NCBI RefSeq assembly: GCF_009914755.1
Contig: NC_060932.1
Source of the DNA: the human T2T-CHM13v2.0 reference genome, Homo sapiens
DNA: 64,000 nucleotides
Strand: one strand, 5' to 3'
Shown: positions 15,749 to 29,356 of the stretch, piece by piece
Numbering within the stretch: position 1 is the stretch's first letter
Layout: each line of letters begins with the position of its first letter
Program-made: the position numbers and the translations under genes
Notes under the pieces: generated by a model
Told to the model about the DNA's origin: nothing
Databases searched by the model: none
Seen by the model: only the letters and a program-made list of their open reading frames with translations

Positions 15749-18214
15749 GTATAGCCCAGTTTTATTCTTCCTGATTTTTCTTAAACATTCTAGCCGTTTT
15801 CCACTATTAAGATAAACTAGTGAGGAAAGTTCCATGAGTTGGGAGGAAGAAAGGAATAGGGATGCCATTTTTGCCGCATTCTTACTTGCTATTAGATTTA
15901 ATACCTCTGTAACTTATTCCCTAATAAAATTATCAAATGCTGTATTTTCCAACTTTTTAAGATTTAAATCATATCTAGCTTTGTATTTGCAAAAATACTG
16001 CACTTGAAGACAAACTATGTCTTTCCTAAGAAAATTTAAATTCTACCTATATTCAAATACCCTCAACTTTACCAAATTAAATTTGGCTTATCTAATGAAG
16101 GATACGTTATTCATGCTAGTTGTATCATTGGGAGTTCAATTAGGAAACATAAACTACACAGGAATTTGAACAGAGAAAGTCTAATGTAAACAGTCCTTAA
16201 CTGTAACGTAGAATTAGAGTAATGGGAGAATTGGCTAAGAGGTAGAAAGAACTCTGAAGACTGTGGTAACAGCAGATAGGGTAGTAGTCACTACCTCTAA
16301 GGCTATGCAGAGCATGGAAGGAAGGACAGATCTGACATTCAAACCTCATTGGAGGGGCATGGCTGAGGCCTACTGGATGTCAGAGACATTAACTAAGGGG
16401 CTGAAATGGGCTGGACAGCTGCCCTCTTTGTGCTCAGCTTCTATGGTGTGTGTGTGGCCTGAGAACTCCATGAAAAGCAACCTGAAGGAGTGCTGGGGGC
16501 AGATGGCCATAGAGGGGTGCTGAGTGCTGATGAAGCTGTCATGCCCTGTGCCCTACCAAGGTAGAAAGGTTTCAGTCTCACTTGAAGGACAGTGAAGGGT
16601 GGATTTGGAGCAAGAAGGCAGTCAATTGAAAACTGGCACATGAGAGTACTCACTACCTTTTGAAAGGAAAATAACACTTAAGTTTGGGGCAGATAATGAT
16701 ACAGATACAATTCTAATTTAATGCAGTCATATTTTCATTCTCTAGCGTCATTTCCCCATCTGAAAAATCCACTGTTGAATAAAATTTTGTTTTAGAAATT
16801 GATAGTTTTTTTTTCTTGAGATGTAGGCTAGAGTTGTTTGATAGAATAGTCTATTACTTTGTGATCTTTCCAGTGAGCATGAGATGCATTAATTCATTCC
16901 CTGAGCATCTGCTTTTAAGCCAGTCCACTGTGCAAGGTCGTTTTCAAAATACAGAAAGGCAAATGTTACTGCTCCTGAGGAGTAAAGCTAGATATATAAA
17001 CTGATAATAAAAGTACCATGTGATAAGTGCTTAATCAAGTATGTACGTATAGAGTAATTTGGCCTTAGCAGATAAAGTGAGCTTGTCTTCAGGTACTGGG
17101 AAAGGAAAAAGAAGTGATTTTTCCTAGATGCATTATCTCTTTTATTACATATTATCTCTTTTATTTCTCACAATAGCCAATGAATAAGGTGGTATAATTA
17201 CCATTACACAAATAAGCAAACAAGGCCTAGAAACCTGAAGCAACTTTTTCAATCAGCATCATACACAGGATTCAAATCTAGCCCAGTAAATATTTGTTAT
17301 CTCTTAAACTGGTCGTGTACTTTGAAATGAAGAAGGCATAAGTTCACCAAATATAAAACGTAGGACTAAATGCAATTGTGAAGGATTTAAAAAGTAGATT
17401 TGATGCATCCTTGCCCTTATGAGGTTTATAGTCTAGCTGTGCTTGTAGAATATAATAAGGGCTCTGACTGAGGAACTGGAAGAAAGTATGGCATTTTGTA
17501 AGAGGGGGAATGCGTTTTTCCTCCTTCTTGGAAAATCATAGGGTACAATAACATTTGAACTGGTTCTGACAAGTAGAAATGGTAAAAAATCAAAATATAA
17601 AAATAGGAGTAAACAGGAAGGTAGTTGTCTGCTAAGTTCCACACCTTGTACTGTCCTTGATATGAACGGTCCAGTTTAACTTTAGTATGGACCCTGTGTC
17701 AGGCTGTTATGAGAAATAAGGCTGGAAAGATAAATCCATTAAACATGGTGGACCTAGGGAGGTACATGTGACAGGTTAAGGTAGAGTTTGAACTCTATTT
17801 TGTAGACAGTGGAATGCATTGAAGTTTTTGAAAGAAAGAGTATACAACTAGAATTATAATTAACTTTAAAACCAAATACAGTATATATTCATATTTTAAT
17901 ATAGTAGCGTAGACATACTAGATGTTAAATGTAATCCTTTTCTTCTGTCTCATCCATTCTCTTTTTGTCTTTTTCTCATCCATTCCTGGTGCAGTCATAC
18001 GTAGAATAGATTAGAAGGGTACGGGTATATAGTTAGATGGTAATTAAAATGTTCCAGAGAAGAGGTTCCTAGAGGCCTTGTCTAAGGCAGTGGTAATGAA
18101 AATAAAAGGAGGTTACAGATGAGAGCTGGAATTATCAGGGTTTAGTGAAGGATATCATAGGGAGTGAAAAGTGTTAAAAATGAAGATCATTTTCAGACAC
18201 TTTTCCATTTCTGA

Positions 18215-18565
<351 letters not shown>

Positions 18566-18689
18566 TAAGAGTAATGCCTACACATGGTAATGTTAAAACA
18601 ATATGGAAGGGCAGAAGATTGGATATGGTGATGAGAGATGACATTATATAAGACACAATGGGTAAAAAGCTTTTCCTTATGTGAAAACT

Positions 18690-19145
18690 CTGGGGCAGAA
18701 GTCAACTCTTCTAGTGTGGGCTGTGCATAGTAATTTCCTTCCCAAGAATACAGTATGGAAAAGAGGGGGAAAGTTCCTTTCCATTGGAGAAGCCTGACAG
18801 ACTACCTTAGCCAGGTTATGAAGGTTAAAGTCAACAGTGATCAGTCACATTGATAGTATGTACCCTTGATATGATGTGATGAAAATGGTATTCTTTCTCT
18901 GTCATCTTCCTTCCAAACACTTATAATCCCAGTCTAATCATGAAAAAATTAGACAAATTTCAACACAGGGCATGTTACAAAATACCTAATCAGTACTCAA
19001 AACTGTCAAGAACATCAAAAAAGGAAAGCATGAGAAACTGTTACAACCAAGAGGAACCTTAAAGAAGGCCTGACAATTAAATGTAATATGGTTTCTTAGA
19101 TGTGATCCTGAGACAACAAAAGGACATGAGGTAAAAACTAAGGGA
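18690..19145 (+). mobile_element. Old L1 (L1MC/MD-like) 3'UTR fragment
   Basis: ggagaagcctgacagactaccttagccagg...gatagtatgtacccttgatatgatgtgatg. Confidence 0.6.
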
Positions 19146-19208
19146 AAAAATTAGAACTTTAAGGGAGTTAAAGGTAAAGAGATTTTATAAAGAGTGCAGG
19201 ATAAAGAA

Positions 19209-19455
19209 TAATCCCAGCACTTTGGGAGGCAGTCAGATCACCTGAAGTCAGGAGTTCCAGATCAGCCTGGCCAACATGATGAAACCCCATCTCTACTAAA
19301 AATACAAAAATTAGCCAGGCGTGGTGGCAGGCACCTGTAATCCCAGCTACTCAGCAGGCTGAGGCAGGAGAAGTGCTTGAACCCAGGAGGCAGAGGTTGC
19401 AGTGAGCTAAGATCACACTATTGCACTCCAGACTGGGCGACGAGCACAACTCCAT
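19209..19455 (+). mobile_element. Alu, truncated at both ends
   Basis: Starts taatcccagcactttggg; no poly-A. Confidence 0.88.
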
Positions 19456-20004
19456 TAACCATTGTGTAACCAGTTAAGGTGCTTAGTAAGTAGTTGCTGA
19501 ATATATCATATTATTACAGTTCTTCATAAGTCTATTTTTAAGGTCTAGGCCTTCAGTGAGGCCTACTTCATCTAGTGGTTGAAACACAGGTCTAGATTTG
19601 GTTTCCTGGAGTCCACGTCACACCCAAGCTGAGCGAGATAATCACAGAAACTTGTCAGTGTTCTTTCTCTTCTAGCATTGACAACAGAGGCTATTGTGTT
19701 TTTCCCCTGAAACCAGACAGTTAAATAAATTATTTTATACATTCACAGGCAGAAAATGTTCATCTTTGAAAAAATCAAATGTGGCCTGGAGCAGCACCCT
19801 CCCCTACCTCACCAAAAATAAAAATCAGGAAAAAATTTTTAATAAAAATCAGGAGAATACAAAGGAAGATACTTCTACCTTTGTAAAGAGAGGTGTGTCT
19901 TATGGAAAGCTTCCTAGAGGATATGACACTTGAGTTAAGTCTTAAAGATGAGTAGCTGAGTAGACAAAAGAAGTCGCTGGTTATTAGAGAAAGAACACTG
20001 AATA

Positions 20005-20295
20005 GGCTGGGTGCAGTGGCTCATGCCTGTAATCCCAGCACTTTGGGAGACCAAGTCAGGCAGATCACGAGGTCAGGAGATCGAGACCATTGTGGCTAAC
20101 ACGGTGAAACCCCATCTCTACTAAAAATACAAAAAATTAGCCAGGCGTGGTGGCATGTGCCTGTAGTCCCAGCTACTTGGGAGCTGAGGCAGGAGAATCG
20201 CTTGAACCTGGGAGGCAGAGGTTGCAGTGAGTGTCGAGATCGCGCCACTGTACTCCTGCCTGACGACAGAGTGAGAATCCGTCAAAAAAAAAAGA
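20005..20295 (+). mobile_element. AluS (Sc-like)
   Basis: Near-TSD agaaagaacactgaata/agaaagaacacttaata. Confidence 0.92.
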
Positions 20296-20929
20296 AAGAA
20301 CACTTAATAAATGTATGCAGAGGCCCAATGTGTAAGAGATACTGACATATAGGAACATAGGCTTTCAGCTGAGTTTATATCTCATTTACTCATTTTTGTG
20401 ATTTTGGTCTCATCCCAGAAGTGTTTTAATATTGGGGGTACTTTAATATTGTAAAAGAAAGAAACAGAAATAGTAGTAGATGATTGCATCAAGGGAAAGA
20501 GGGTAGAGGGTTAGTTCTTCATATTGTCCATTTCTTTTTTTAATTGATTCTTTAGCAACTCTCAGCTTTGTTAGCGTACTTTTTTCTGCACTTTGCAGTT
20601 TCCAGGAGAAAGATCTTTTACATTCTGAAAGCCACATCCTCTTGGGAACTTTATTTTTATTACCAAACTTGATGCCTGGAATATAGTAGGCATGCATTCA
20701 ATTAATATTCTTTGAATAACTATCTCTTCTCTTCCCTCCTAGCTTTCACTGGGCAGCCTTCTCAAATAAATGCTCTGTATTCCCAATTTTCTTTTCCCAC
20801 ACCACTCAATATTTCTTGTGTTTGAGTAACTTACTGATTGCACTAGGAATTATTATAGACAGAATCAACAAGACTGGGAAACTAACAACGTAAGAGTCTT
20901 AAGAGGAATGAAAGATGACTCTTGATTAG

Positions 20930-21419
20930 TGTATTAGGTTTTTAGGGCCACTGTGACAGCTTACGAGCTTGGTGGCTTAAAATCACAGAAAGTTGTTCTG
21001 TCACATTTCTGGAGGCCAGAAGCCTGATATTAGGTGTGTTCTCTCAGAAGGCTCCAGGGAGAATCCTGCCTTACCTCTTCCAGCTTGTGGTGGCTCCAAG
21101 CGTTCATTGGCTTCTGGCAGCAGAACTGTACTCTCTATCCCTGTCTTCATTCACTTAACTGTACTCTCTATCCCTGTCTTCATTCACTTAACTGTACTCT
21201 CTATCCCTGTCTTCATTCACTTTGCTTTCTCCCCTGTGTCTTTGTCTCCTTCTGCCTTTCTCCTAGGACACTTGTCATTGGATTTAGGCCCCACCCTAAA
21301 TCCAGGATCCTTAATTACATCTGCAAAGATCCTTTTTCCAAATAAAGTCACATTCATGGTTCTAGGGTCAGGACTTGGACATATCTTTTGGGGGGCCATT
21401 ATCTATTCAATTTACTACA
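20930..21419 (-). mobile_element. MLT1-family LTR carrying a 33-bp triplication
   Basis: ggtggcttaaaatcacagaa...ctggaggccagaag...ttaattacatctgcaaagatcc...actaca. Confidence 0.8.
21124..21222. repeat. Perfect 3 x 33-bp tandem repeat
   Basis: aactgtactctctatccctgtcttcattcactt at 21124, 21157 and 21190. Confidence 0.97.
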
Positions 21420-21546
21420 GTAAACCGCCAGAGAGTATGTAGCTGATGAAATGGAGGTTATTCTCTTGGATGCAAGGGGATAATGTACGGCGAACCAACA
21501 GCATGAAAACAATTCCGAAATCGTTCTATTTAGAAAGAGAGTGATA

Positions 21547-22110
<564 letters not shown>

Positions 22111-22321
22111 CAATTCATTTTTTAAAATATATATTTAAGTTTTTTAACTTGGTCAGGTGAGTTTAGTTGGAGATAATGCTCTCTTAGCTGTATTCATCTT
22201 GAAGAATCCTCAGTTTAACGTTTGTATTAAAACTTTAAATTTGCAAAATGCTACTACATTTTATCATTTGAGCCTCATGACATTCCTCTGAAGTAGGAAT
22301 GCTATTTTTTTTCCCTAGTGC

Positions 22322-22812
22322 CTTTTTTTTTTTTTTTTTTTTAAAATAGAGATGGGGTCTCAGTATGTTGCCCAGGCTGGTCTTTAAACTCCTTGCCTCA
22401 AGTGATTCTCCCACCTCCACCTCCCAAAGTGCTGGGATTATAGGTGTGAGCCCCTGGCCTGTATTTTCATTTTGCAATTTTATACATGTGGAAGTGGAGC
22501 TCAGTCTCCATAACTAACTTGCTTGAGGTCACAGGTTATGAAATTATCCAGATGGATTTGAACACTGGTGTTAAAACTGTAAAGCCTGTTGTTTATTAAT
22601 TTTCTGTTTGAAAAGGGCAGACTTTATTTTTTCATGTTTCACGGTTTTTCAGTTTGTAATGTAATTACAAAATGGCTAGTTTTTTTGTATTTTTGGTAGA
22701 GACAGGGTTTCACCATATTGCCCAGGCTGGTTTTGAACTCCTGAGCTCAAGCAGTCCGCCTGCCACGGCCTCCCAAGGTACTGGGATTACAGGCGTGAGC
22801 CACCATGCCTGA
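22322..22812 (-). mobile_element. Two Alu left-monomer/FLAM fragments (~22322-22459 and ~22674-22812)
   Basis: Left-arm sequences. Confidence 0.85.
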
Positions 22813-23069
22813 CTTGCGTTTTCACATATTTTAAATTAAAGCTGTTTGGCTTGTGGTTGTAAAAATAGAATCATCACTAATATTGACGAATCCTGCAATT
22901 AGTGGGAAGTTGGTTTAGGACAAGGAAAATGAACTCCAGTAGAATACCCAGCACCTACTCGTATTTCTTGTGAAGGACTCTTTGCCTTAAAATGCAAGAG
23001 GACTTAATTAGATTCTTGGGCCCCACGAAAGACGTGCTAAGTCTCTGGGATGGGGCTTCAGGAATCTGC

Positions 23070-23348
23070 CTTTTTTTTAATTTTTATTTTTGGAGATAAG
23101 GTTTCACACTGTCACCCAGGCTGTAGTGCAGTGGGACGATAACATCTCAGCCTCCTGAACTCAGGTGATCCTCCCTCCTCATCTTCCAAGTAGCTGAGAC
23201 TACTGCCATGCACCACCATACCCAGCTTATTTTTTGTAGAGGTGCCATGTTGCCCAGGCTGGTCACGAACTCCTGGGCTCAAGCAGTCACTCCTCCTGCC
23301 TTGGCTTCCCGAAGCACTGGGTTATAGGTGTGAGCCATCACACCCGGC
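23070..23348 (-). mobile_element. AluJ inside a MER5-like element
   Basis: TSD aggaatctgc on both sides. Confidence 0.85.
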
Positions 23349-23602
23349 AAGGAATCTGCATTTTTAATGGGTACTACTTATAATTGTTACCTCATTGACT
23401 TGGTATTTAAATATTCAGCTCTCACAATGGTGTCCTACTGAGGGACAGTGACTCCGACCCTGAGTAAAGGAAGAAGGTAAGGTATTGGTAGCAACTCTAA
23501 TAGCAGCATTAATAAGTGTAGTGATTTGTATTAATTACAGAGTGGTAATGATCTGTGTATATCCAAGATATCCACACCAGGCCTTAAAAAACAATGTTTT
23601 GC

Positions 23603-23706
23603 ACATCATTAAACAAATATTCATTAAACAAATTCATTATTCATTAAACAAATATTCATTATTCATTAAATTATTAAATTATTCATTTTTCATTAAATAT
23701 TTCATG
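23603..23706. repeat. AT-rich imperfect tandem repeat (ttcattaaacaaata / ttcatta)
   Basis: Three tcattaaacaaat copies plus degenerate units, adjoining an L2-like 3' end. Confidence 0.75.
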
Positions 23707-24661
23707 AATACTAGCTCAACAGATCATTCTAGGTGCTTTGGAGGATGAAAAGATGAATAGGAATACAGATCTTGCCCTGAAAGAACTTTGTTTATAAATG
23801 TTGTAAAAACAGGCATTTAAATAACTGTAGTGTAAGATAAAAGTTAGTACATAGTAATTGTCATTTCAGAGATAACATATTCTGAAGTCCATTAAGGGAA
23901 AGATCACATCCAGAGAAATACTAGAAGAGGTGGAGGGTGTGCATGGCTTTCTGTTTGTTTAGGAAAACAAGTAAATAACTCTCCAAAGTCTCAGGGTAAT
24001 TCTTTGTGTTGGACTTTTTCTTTTTTCTTAAGCCTTCTCAAACCTATCAGGTTTAAGATTCTAGTTAGTGATATTTCCTACTTGCGATAGCTGAGAAAAT
24101 TTGAGGTGCAAGACTTGACCAACCTTCTCTTGAGTGTGTTCGAGGATGGGAGACTTGAATGCATGTGTCAAAAGATGTCCATGGAGAAGCAGGTAATAAA
24201 GATGCAAGAAAAACGAGTTGCTAGATCTCCAAACAGGGAGAGAGGGCTGAGATCTAGTTTTGGTTGGTAAAGGAATATAGTACTTCTCTAGCATTAAAGA
24301 AAGGATAAACTACATGGACATCTAGAGGAAACTTCAAGTGAAGAAGTGATCCATGTTGGATTTTTGTCTTTGTTTGTTTAATTAAATAATAATACTGTTA
24401 AGTTTTTACATAGTGCTTCCTACATGTTTTCAGTGCTTTATATAGGTTAACTGGTTTAATTCTCACAACTCTTGTTGTGAAGTATGTATTGTTCTTATCC
24501 TCATTTTGAAAATGATTGCGTGCAAAGGCCAAGTAGTTTTTCCAAAATCACCCAGGTAGTGCTTTTAACCACTACACAATGCTGACAGTTCAATCAGCAT
24601 CTCTGGAGGTGTGAGGCCTGAGCATCAGTTTGGGTTGCTTTTTGTTTTTGTTTTTTGGGTC

Positions 24662-27247
24662 TTTTTTTTTTTTTTTTTTTTTTTTATTGATCATTCTTGG
24701 GTGTTTCTCGCAGAGGGGGATTTGGCAGGGTCACAGGACAATAGTGGAGGGAAGGTCAGCAGATAAACAAGTGAACAAAGGTCTCTGGTTTTCCTAGGCA
24801 GAGGACCCTGCGGCCTTCCGCAGTGTTTGTGTCCCTGGGTACTTGAGATTAGGGAGTGGTGATGACTCTTAAGGAGCATGCTGCCTTCAAGCATCTGTTT
24901 AACAAAGCACATCTTGCACCGCCCTTAATCCATTCAACCCTGAGTGGATACAGCACATGTTTCAGAGAACACAGGGTTGGGGGTAAGGTCACCGATCAAC
25001 AGGATCCCAAGGCAGAAGAATTTTTCTTAGTACAGAACAAAAGGAAAAGTCTCCCCTGTCTACCTCTTTCTACACAGACATGGCAACCATCCGATTTCTC
25101 AATCTTTTCCCCACCTTTCCCCCCTTTCTATTCCACAAAACCGCCATTGTCATCATGGCCCGTTCTCAATGAGCTGTTGGCTATACCTCCCAGACGGGGT
25201 GGTGGCCGGGCAGAGGGGCTCCTCACTTCCCAGTAGGCGCGGCCGGGCAGAGGCGCCCCTCACCTCCCGGACAGGGCAGCTGGCCGGACGGGGGGCTGAC
25301 TCCCCCCACCTCCCTCCTGGATGGGGCGGCTGGCTGGGCAGAGGGGCTCCTCACTTCCCAGTAGGGGCGGCCGGGCAGAGGCGCCCCTCACCTCCCGGAC
25401 GGGGCGGCTGGCCAGGCGGGGGGCTGACCCCCCCACCTCCCTCCCGGACGGGGCGGCTGGCCGGGCGGGGGGGCTGACCCCCCCACCTCCCTCCCGGACG
25501 GGGCGGCTGGCCAGGCAGAGTGGCTCCTCACTTCCCAGCAGGGGCGGCCGGGCAGAGGCGCCCCTCACTTCCCGGATGGGGCGGCTGGCCGGGCGGGGGG
25601 CTGACCCCCCCACCTCCCTCCTGGACGGGGCGGCTGGCCGGGCGGGGGGCTGACCCCCCTACCTCCCTCCCGGACGGGGCGGCTGGCCGGGCAGAGTGGC
25701 TCCTCACTTCCCAGTAGGGGCGGCCGGGCAGAGGCGCCCCTCACTTCCCGGACGGGGCGGCTGGCCGGGCGGGGGGCTGACCCCCCCACCTCCCTCCCGG
25801 ACGGGGCGGCTGGCCGGGCAGAGTGGCTCCTCACTTCCCAGCAGGGGCGGCCGGGCAGAGGCGCCCCTCACTTCCCGGATGGGGCGGCTGGCCGGGCGGG
25901 GGGCTGATCCCCCCACCTCCCTCCCGGACGGGGCGGCTGGCCAGGCAGAGTGGCTCCTCACTTCCCAGTAGGGGCGGCCGGGCAGAGGCGCCCCTCACTT
26001 CCCGGACGGGGCGGCTGGCCGGGCGGGGGGCTGACCCCCCCACCTCCCTCCCGGACGGGGCGGCTGGCCGGGCAGAGTGGCTCCTCACTTCCCAGCAGGG
26101 GCGGCCGGGCAGAGGCGCCCCTCACTTCCCGGATGGGGCGGCTGGCCGGGCGGGGGGCTGATCCCCCCACCTCCCTCCCGGACGGGGCGGCTGGCCGGGC
26201 AGAGTGGCTCCTCACTTCCCAGTAGGGGCGGCCGGGCAGAGGCGCCCCTCACTTCCCGGACGGGGCGGCTGGCCGGGCGGGGGGCTGACCCCCCCACCTC
26301 CCTCCCGGACGGGGCGGCTGGCCGGGCAGAGGGGATCCTCACTTCCCAGCAGGGGCGGCCAGGCAGAGGCGCCCCTCACTTCCCGGATGGGGCGGCTGGC
26401 CGAGCGGGGGGCTGACCCCCCCACCTCCCTCCCGGACGGAGTGGCTGGCCGGGCAGAGGGGCTCCTCACTTCCCAGTAGGGGCAGCCGGGCAGAGGCACC
26501 CCTCACCTGCCGGATGGGGCGGCTGGCCGGGCGGGGGGCTGATCCCCCCACCTCCCTCCCAGACGGGGCGGCTGGCCGGGCGGGGGGCTGACCCCCCCAC
26601 CTCCCTCCCGGACGAGGTGGCTGCCGGGCAGAGACGCTCCTCACTTCTCAGACAGGGTGGCTGCCGGGCAGAGGGGCTCCTCACTTCTCAGACAGGGCAG
26701 TTGCCAGGCAGAGGGTCTCCTCACTTCTCAGACGGGGCGGCAGGGCAGAGACGCTCCTCACATCCCGGACGGGGCGGCAGGGCAGAGGTGCTCCCCACAT
26801 CTCAGACGATGGGCGGCCGGGCAGAGACGCTCCTCACTTCCCAGATGTGATGGCGGCCGGGAAGAGGCGCTCCTCACTTCCTAGATGGGATGGCGGCCGG
26901 GCAGAGACGCTCCTCACTTTCCAGACTGGGCAGCCAGGCAGAGGGGCTCCTCACATCCCAGACGATGGGCGGCCAGGCGGAGACGCTCCTCACTTCCCAG
27001 ACGGGGTGGCGGCCGGGCAGAGGCTGCAATCTTGGCACTTTGGGAGGCCAAGGCAGGCTGCTGGGAGGTGGAGGTTGTAGCGAGCCGAGATCACGCCACT
27101 GCACTCCAGCCTGGGCACCATTGAGCACTGAGTGAACGAGACTCCGTCTGCAATCCCAGCACCTCGGGAGGCCGAGGCTGGCGGATCACTCGCGGTTAGG
27201 AGCTGGAGACCAGCCCGGCCAACACAGCGAAACCCCGTCTCCACCAA
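24662..27247 (-). mobile_element. SVA retrotransposon, 5'-truncated in the Alu-like domain (no CCCTCT hexamer), antisense to RAB2A; subfamily unresolved (possibly SVA_D-like)
   Basis: On +: T24 (24662-24685), SINE-R (ttattgatcattcttgggtgtttctcgcagaggggg...), GC-rich VNTR ~25190-27020, Alu-like part ending aaaccccgtctccaccaa. Confidence 0.97.
25190..27020. repeat. SVA GC-rich VNTR with a central 127/254-bp higher-order array
   Basis: Reiterated ggggcggctggccgggc / ctcctcacttccca units; 127-bp period from 25696 to 26457. Confidence 0.95.
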
Positions 27248-27799
27248 CCTTTTTTTTTTTTTTTTTGGTGTGGATTGAAAACTACTAATGGATAGAAAAT
27301 GATTGGGGATTGGAGCTACTTCACATGGAATGGCAAAGGACGGCATCTGTAATGTGGAGTGTCTGTCTACGTGGAGAGAAAGGGGGAGGATGTGCACAGG
27401 CCTTGTTCTTGGTGCAGAATGAAAGCCATTGGCAGGAGATAGTTTTTTCCCCCCATTTCAAATTGGGTTTTTATCAGAGATCCCAGCATAAATTTTTTTA
27501 AAAGAGTAGATAGTTGCTTTTTCTTTAATTTTCCATTTCTGTTGGAAAAGTAGCAACAATAACAAAAATAACTGTTTATAGGGGATTCCTTTCTAGAAGT
27601 TGTTTTTTGGTAAAGATTTAAATCCAGGCTTTCTATTCGTCCTCCTTTTGAAAAAAAAAAAAAGTTTTGGAATTTGCCAGCCTTTACTCAAAAGCCATTT
27701 TTGTTTGTTCTCATTCTGTTTAATTCTGTGATTAAATAACAAACATGGGCTATGTCTCAGTCTTTTTTTTGCTGATTCCTCTTTACATGTGGCTTATCT

Positions 27800-28960
27800 T
27801 CATCCTGAATGTCTTTCTTGAAATCTGTACTCACATATTCACTTGTCTACTCAGCTTTGTCTCTTGGGTGACTAATAGACATCTCAACTCAAAATAACCA
27901 AACTGGAACTGATGATCTGTCCACTCTCAATCTGCTCTACCTACATCTCCCATCTCACTGAACTTTCTGTTTGATCAGGCAAAACATTGGATCATTCTTA
28001 ACACACTTCTCTTTCTCAAAAAATTCACACTGTCAACACATTCTCTTGGCTCTGCCTCACAAATTCAGTCAATTTGAACTACCCCCAATGCAACCACCCT
28101 GGTCCAAGTCACCATTTCTAGCCTTATTGAGAAAGCTCCTTACTGGTTCACGGTTTTTTTTGTCTTTTTTTTTTTTGAGGCAGGGTCTCACTCCATCATC
28201 CAGGCTGAAGTGCAGTGGTGTGATCTCGGCTCGCTGCAACCTCCACCTCCCAGGTTCAAGCGATCCTCCCACCTCAGCCCCCATGTAACTGGGACTAAGG
28301 TGTGCACCACCATGCCTGGCTAAGTTTTTTGTATTTTTTTTGTAGAGACAGGGTTTCACCATGTAGTCCAGGCTGGTCTTGAACTCCTGGGCTCAAGTAG
28401 TCCACCTACCTTGGCCTCCCAAAGTGCTAGGGAAGGCATGAGCCACCACACCTGCCTTCTTTGCTTCTACTCTCATCTGCTTCTACTTGTAAGTTCTCAT
28501 TGTAGCAGCCAGTAGGCCTTTTGGAATTTAAGTAAAATTATATTACTTCTCTGCTGAAAACTCTCCAGTGAATCCCCTATTTTATCTCAATAAACTTACA
28601 GAGTTCTTTAGGTTCTGTGTGATTAGGCCCCTGTCATTCCTATATCCTAGTTCCTAGGGGCATGACTCTCCCTGCCTCCTGTGCTTTAGCCACATTGGCC
28701 TCATTGCAGTTTCTCTAAAATGTGCCACCTTAGAACTTTTCTTCTTAACTGTTTCCTTGGTGTGGAATAATACTCTTCTCTCAGTGATCCACTGGCCTAT
28801 TTCCTCACCTCCTTTAAACCTTCATTTAAATCTCACCTTCTCCATGAGGGACTACCTGGTTAAATAACACATCTTCCTCCTTCCCTCCACCCCAGCGTTT
28901 CAGGTCCTACATCCTTGCCCTGCTCTGCTTTTTCTTTTTACCATAGCATTTAACACCCTG
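27800..28960 (+). mobile_element. L2 remnant interrupted by an Alu
   Basis: ctaatagacatctcaactc, tctctgctgaaaactctccagtg, tcaccttctccatgagg. Confidence 0.65.
28154..28456 (-). mobile_element. AluJ
   Basis: Dimeric Alu. Confidence 0.9.
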
Positions 28961-29356
28961 CAACTGATTCTATTTCTCTCCCTCTTCTGTATACATGTAC
29001 ACATTTGTGCACACATGTTGGGAAAAAACAAGTTTATAGTCTTTCATCCCATTCCACAAGTTTGTGAGCCTTTGTCTTTGCACTGGAGATACATGTGGCT
29101 AATGCTGAAAATGAATGGATCATGGTTCATGCTTTTAGGGAGCTTAAAGTGTAAACAGACATAGTAATAGTGTTTTACTATTGATGGTAGCAACAAACAT
29201 TTGTTGAATTCTTTTTTGAAACTTTACTATGTGCCAGACACTGTTTTAAGACTTACAGTGGATTAACTTATTTAATGTTCTCAAGTATCCTATTAGATAG
29301 GTGTTATTAACCTACTTCTTACAGGTTAGGAAACTGAGGCACTAAAAAGATAACTA

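Noticed and set aside
20993-21442. 149-aa ORF with an 11-aa repeat
   Set aside because: Lies in an MLT1 LTR, has a non-ATG start, and the repeat is the 33-bp triplication
23419-23476. Possible 58-nt cryptic exon with donor AAG|gtaagg
   Set aside because: Acceptor lacks a convincing pyrimidine tract
25520-26457. Regular array superficially like a CRISPR locus
   Set aside because: No unique spacers; eukaryotic SVA VNTR
24691-27397. Dense overlapping G/P/R-rich ORFs on both strands
   Set aside because: By-products of the stop-poor GC-rich SVA VNTR and SINE-R; not genes
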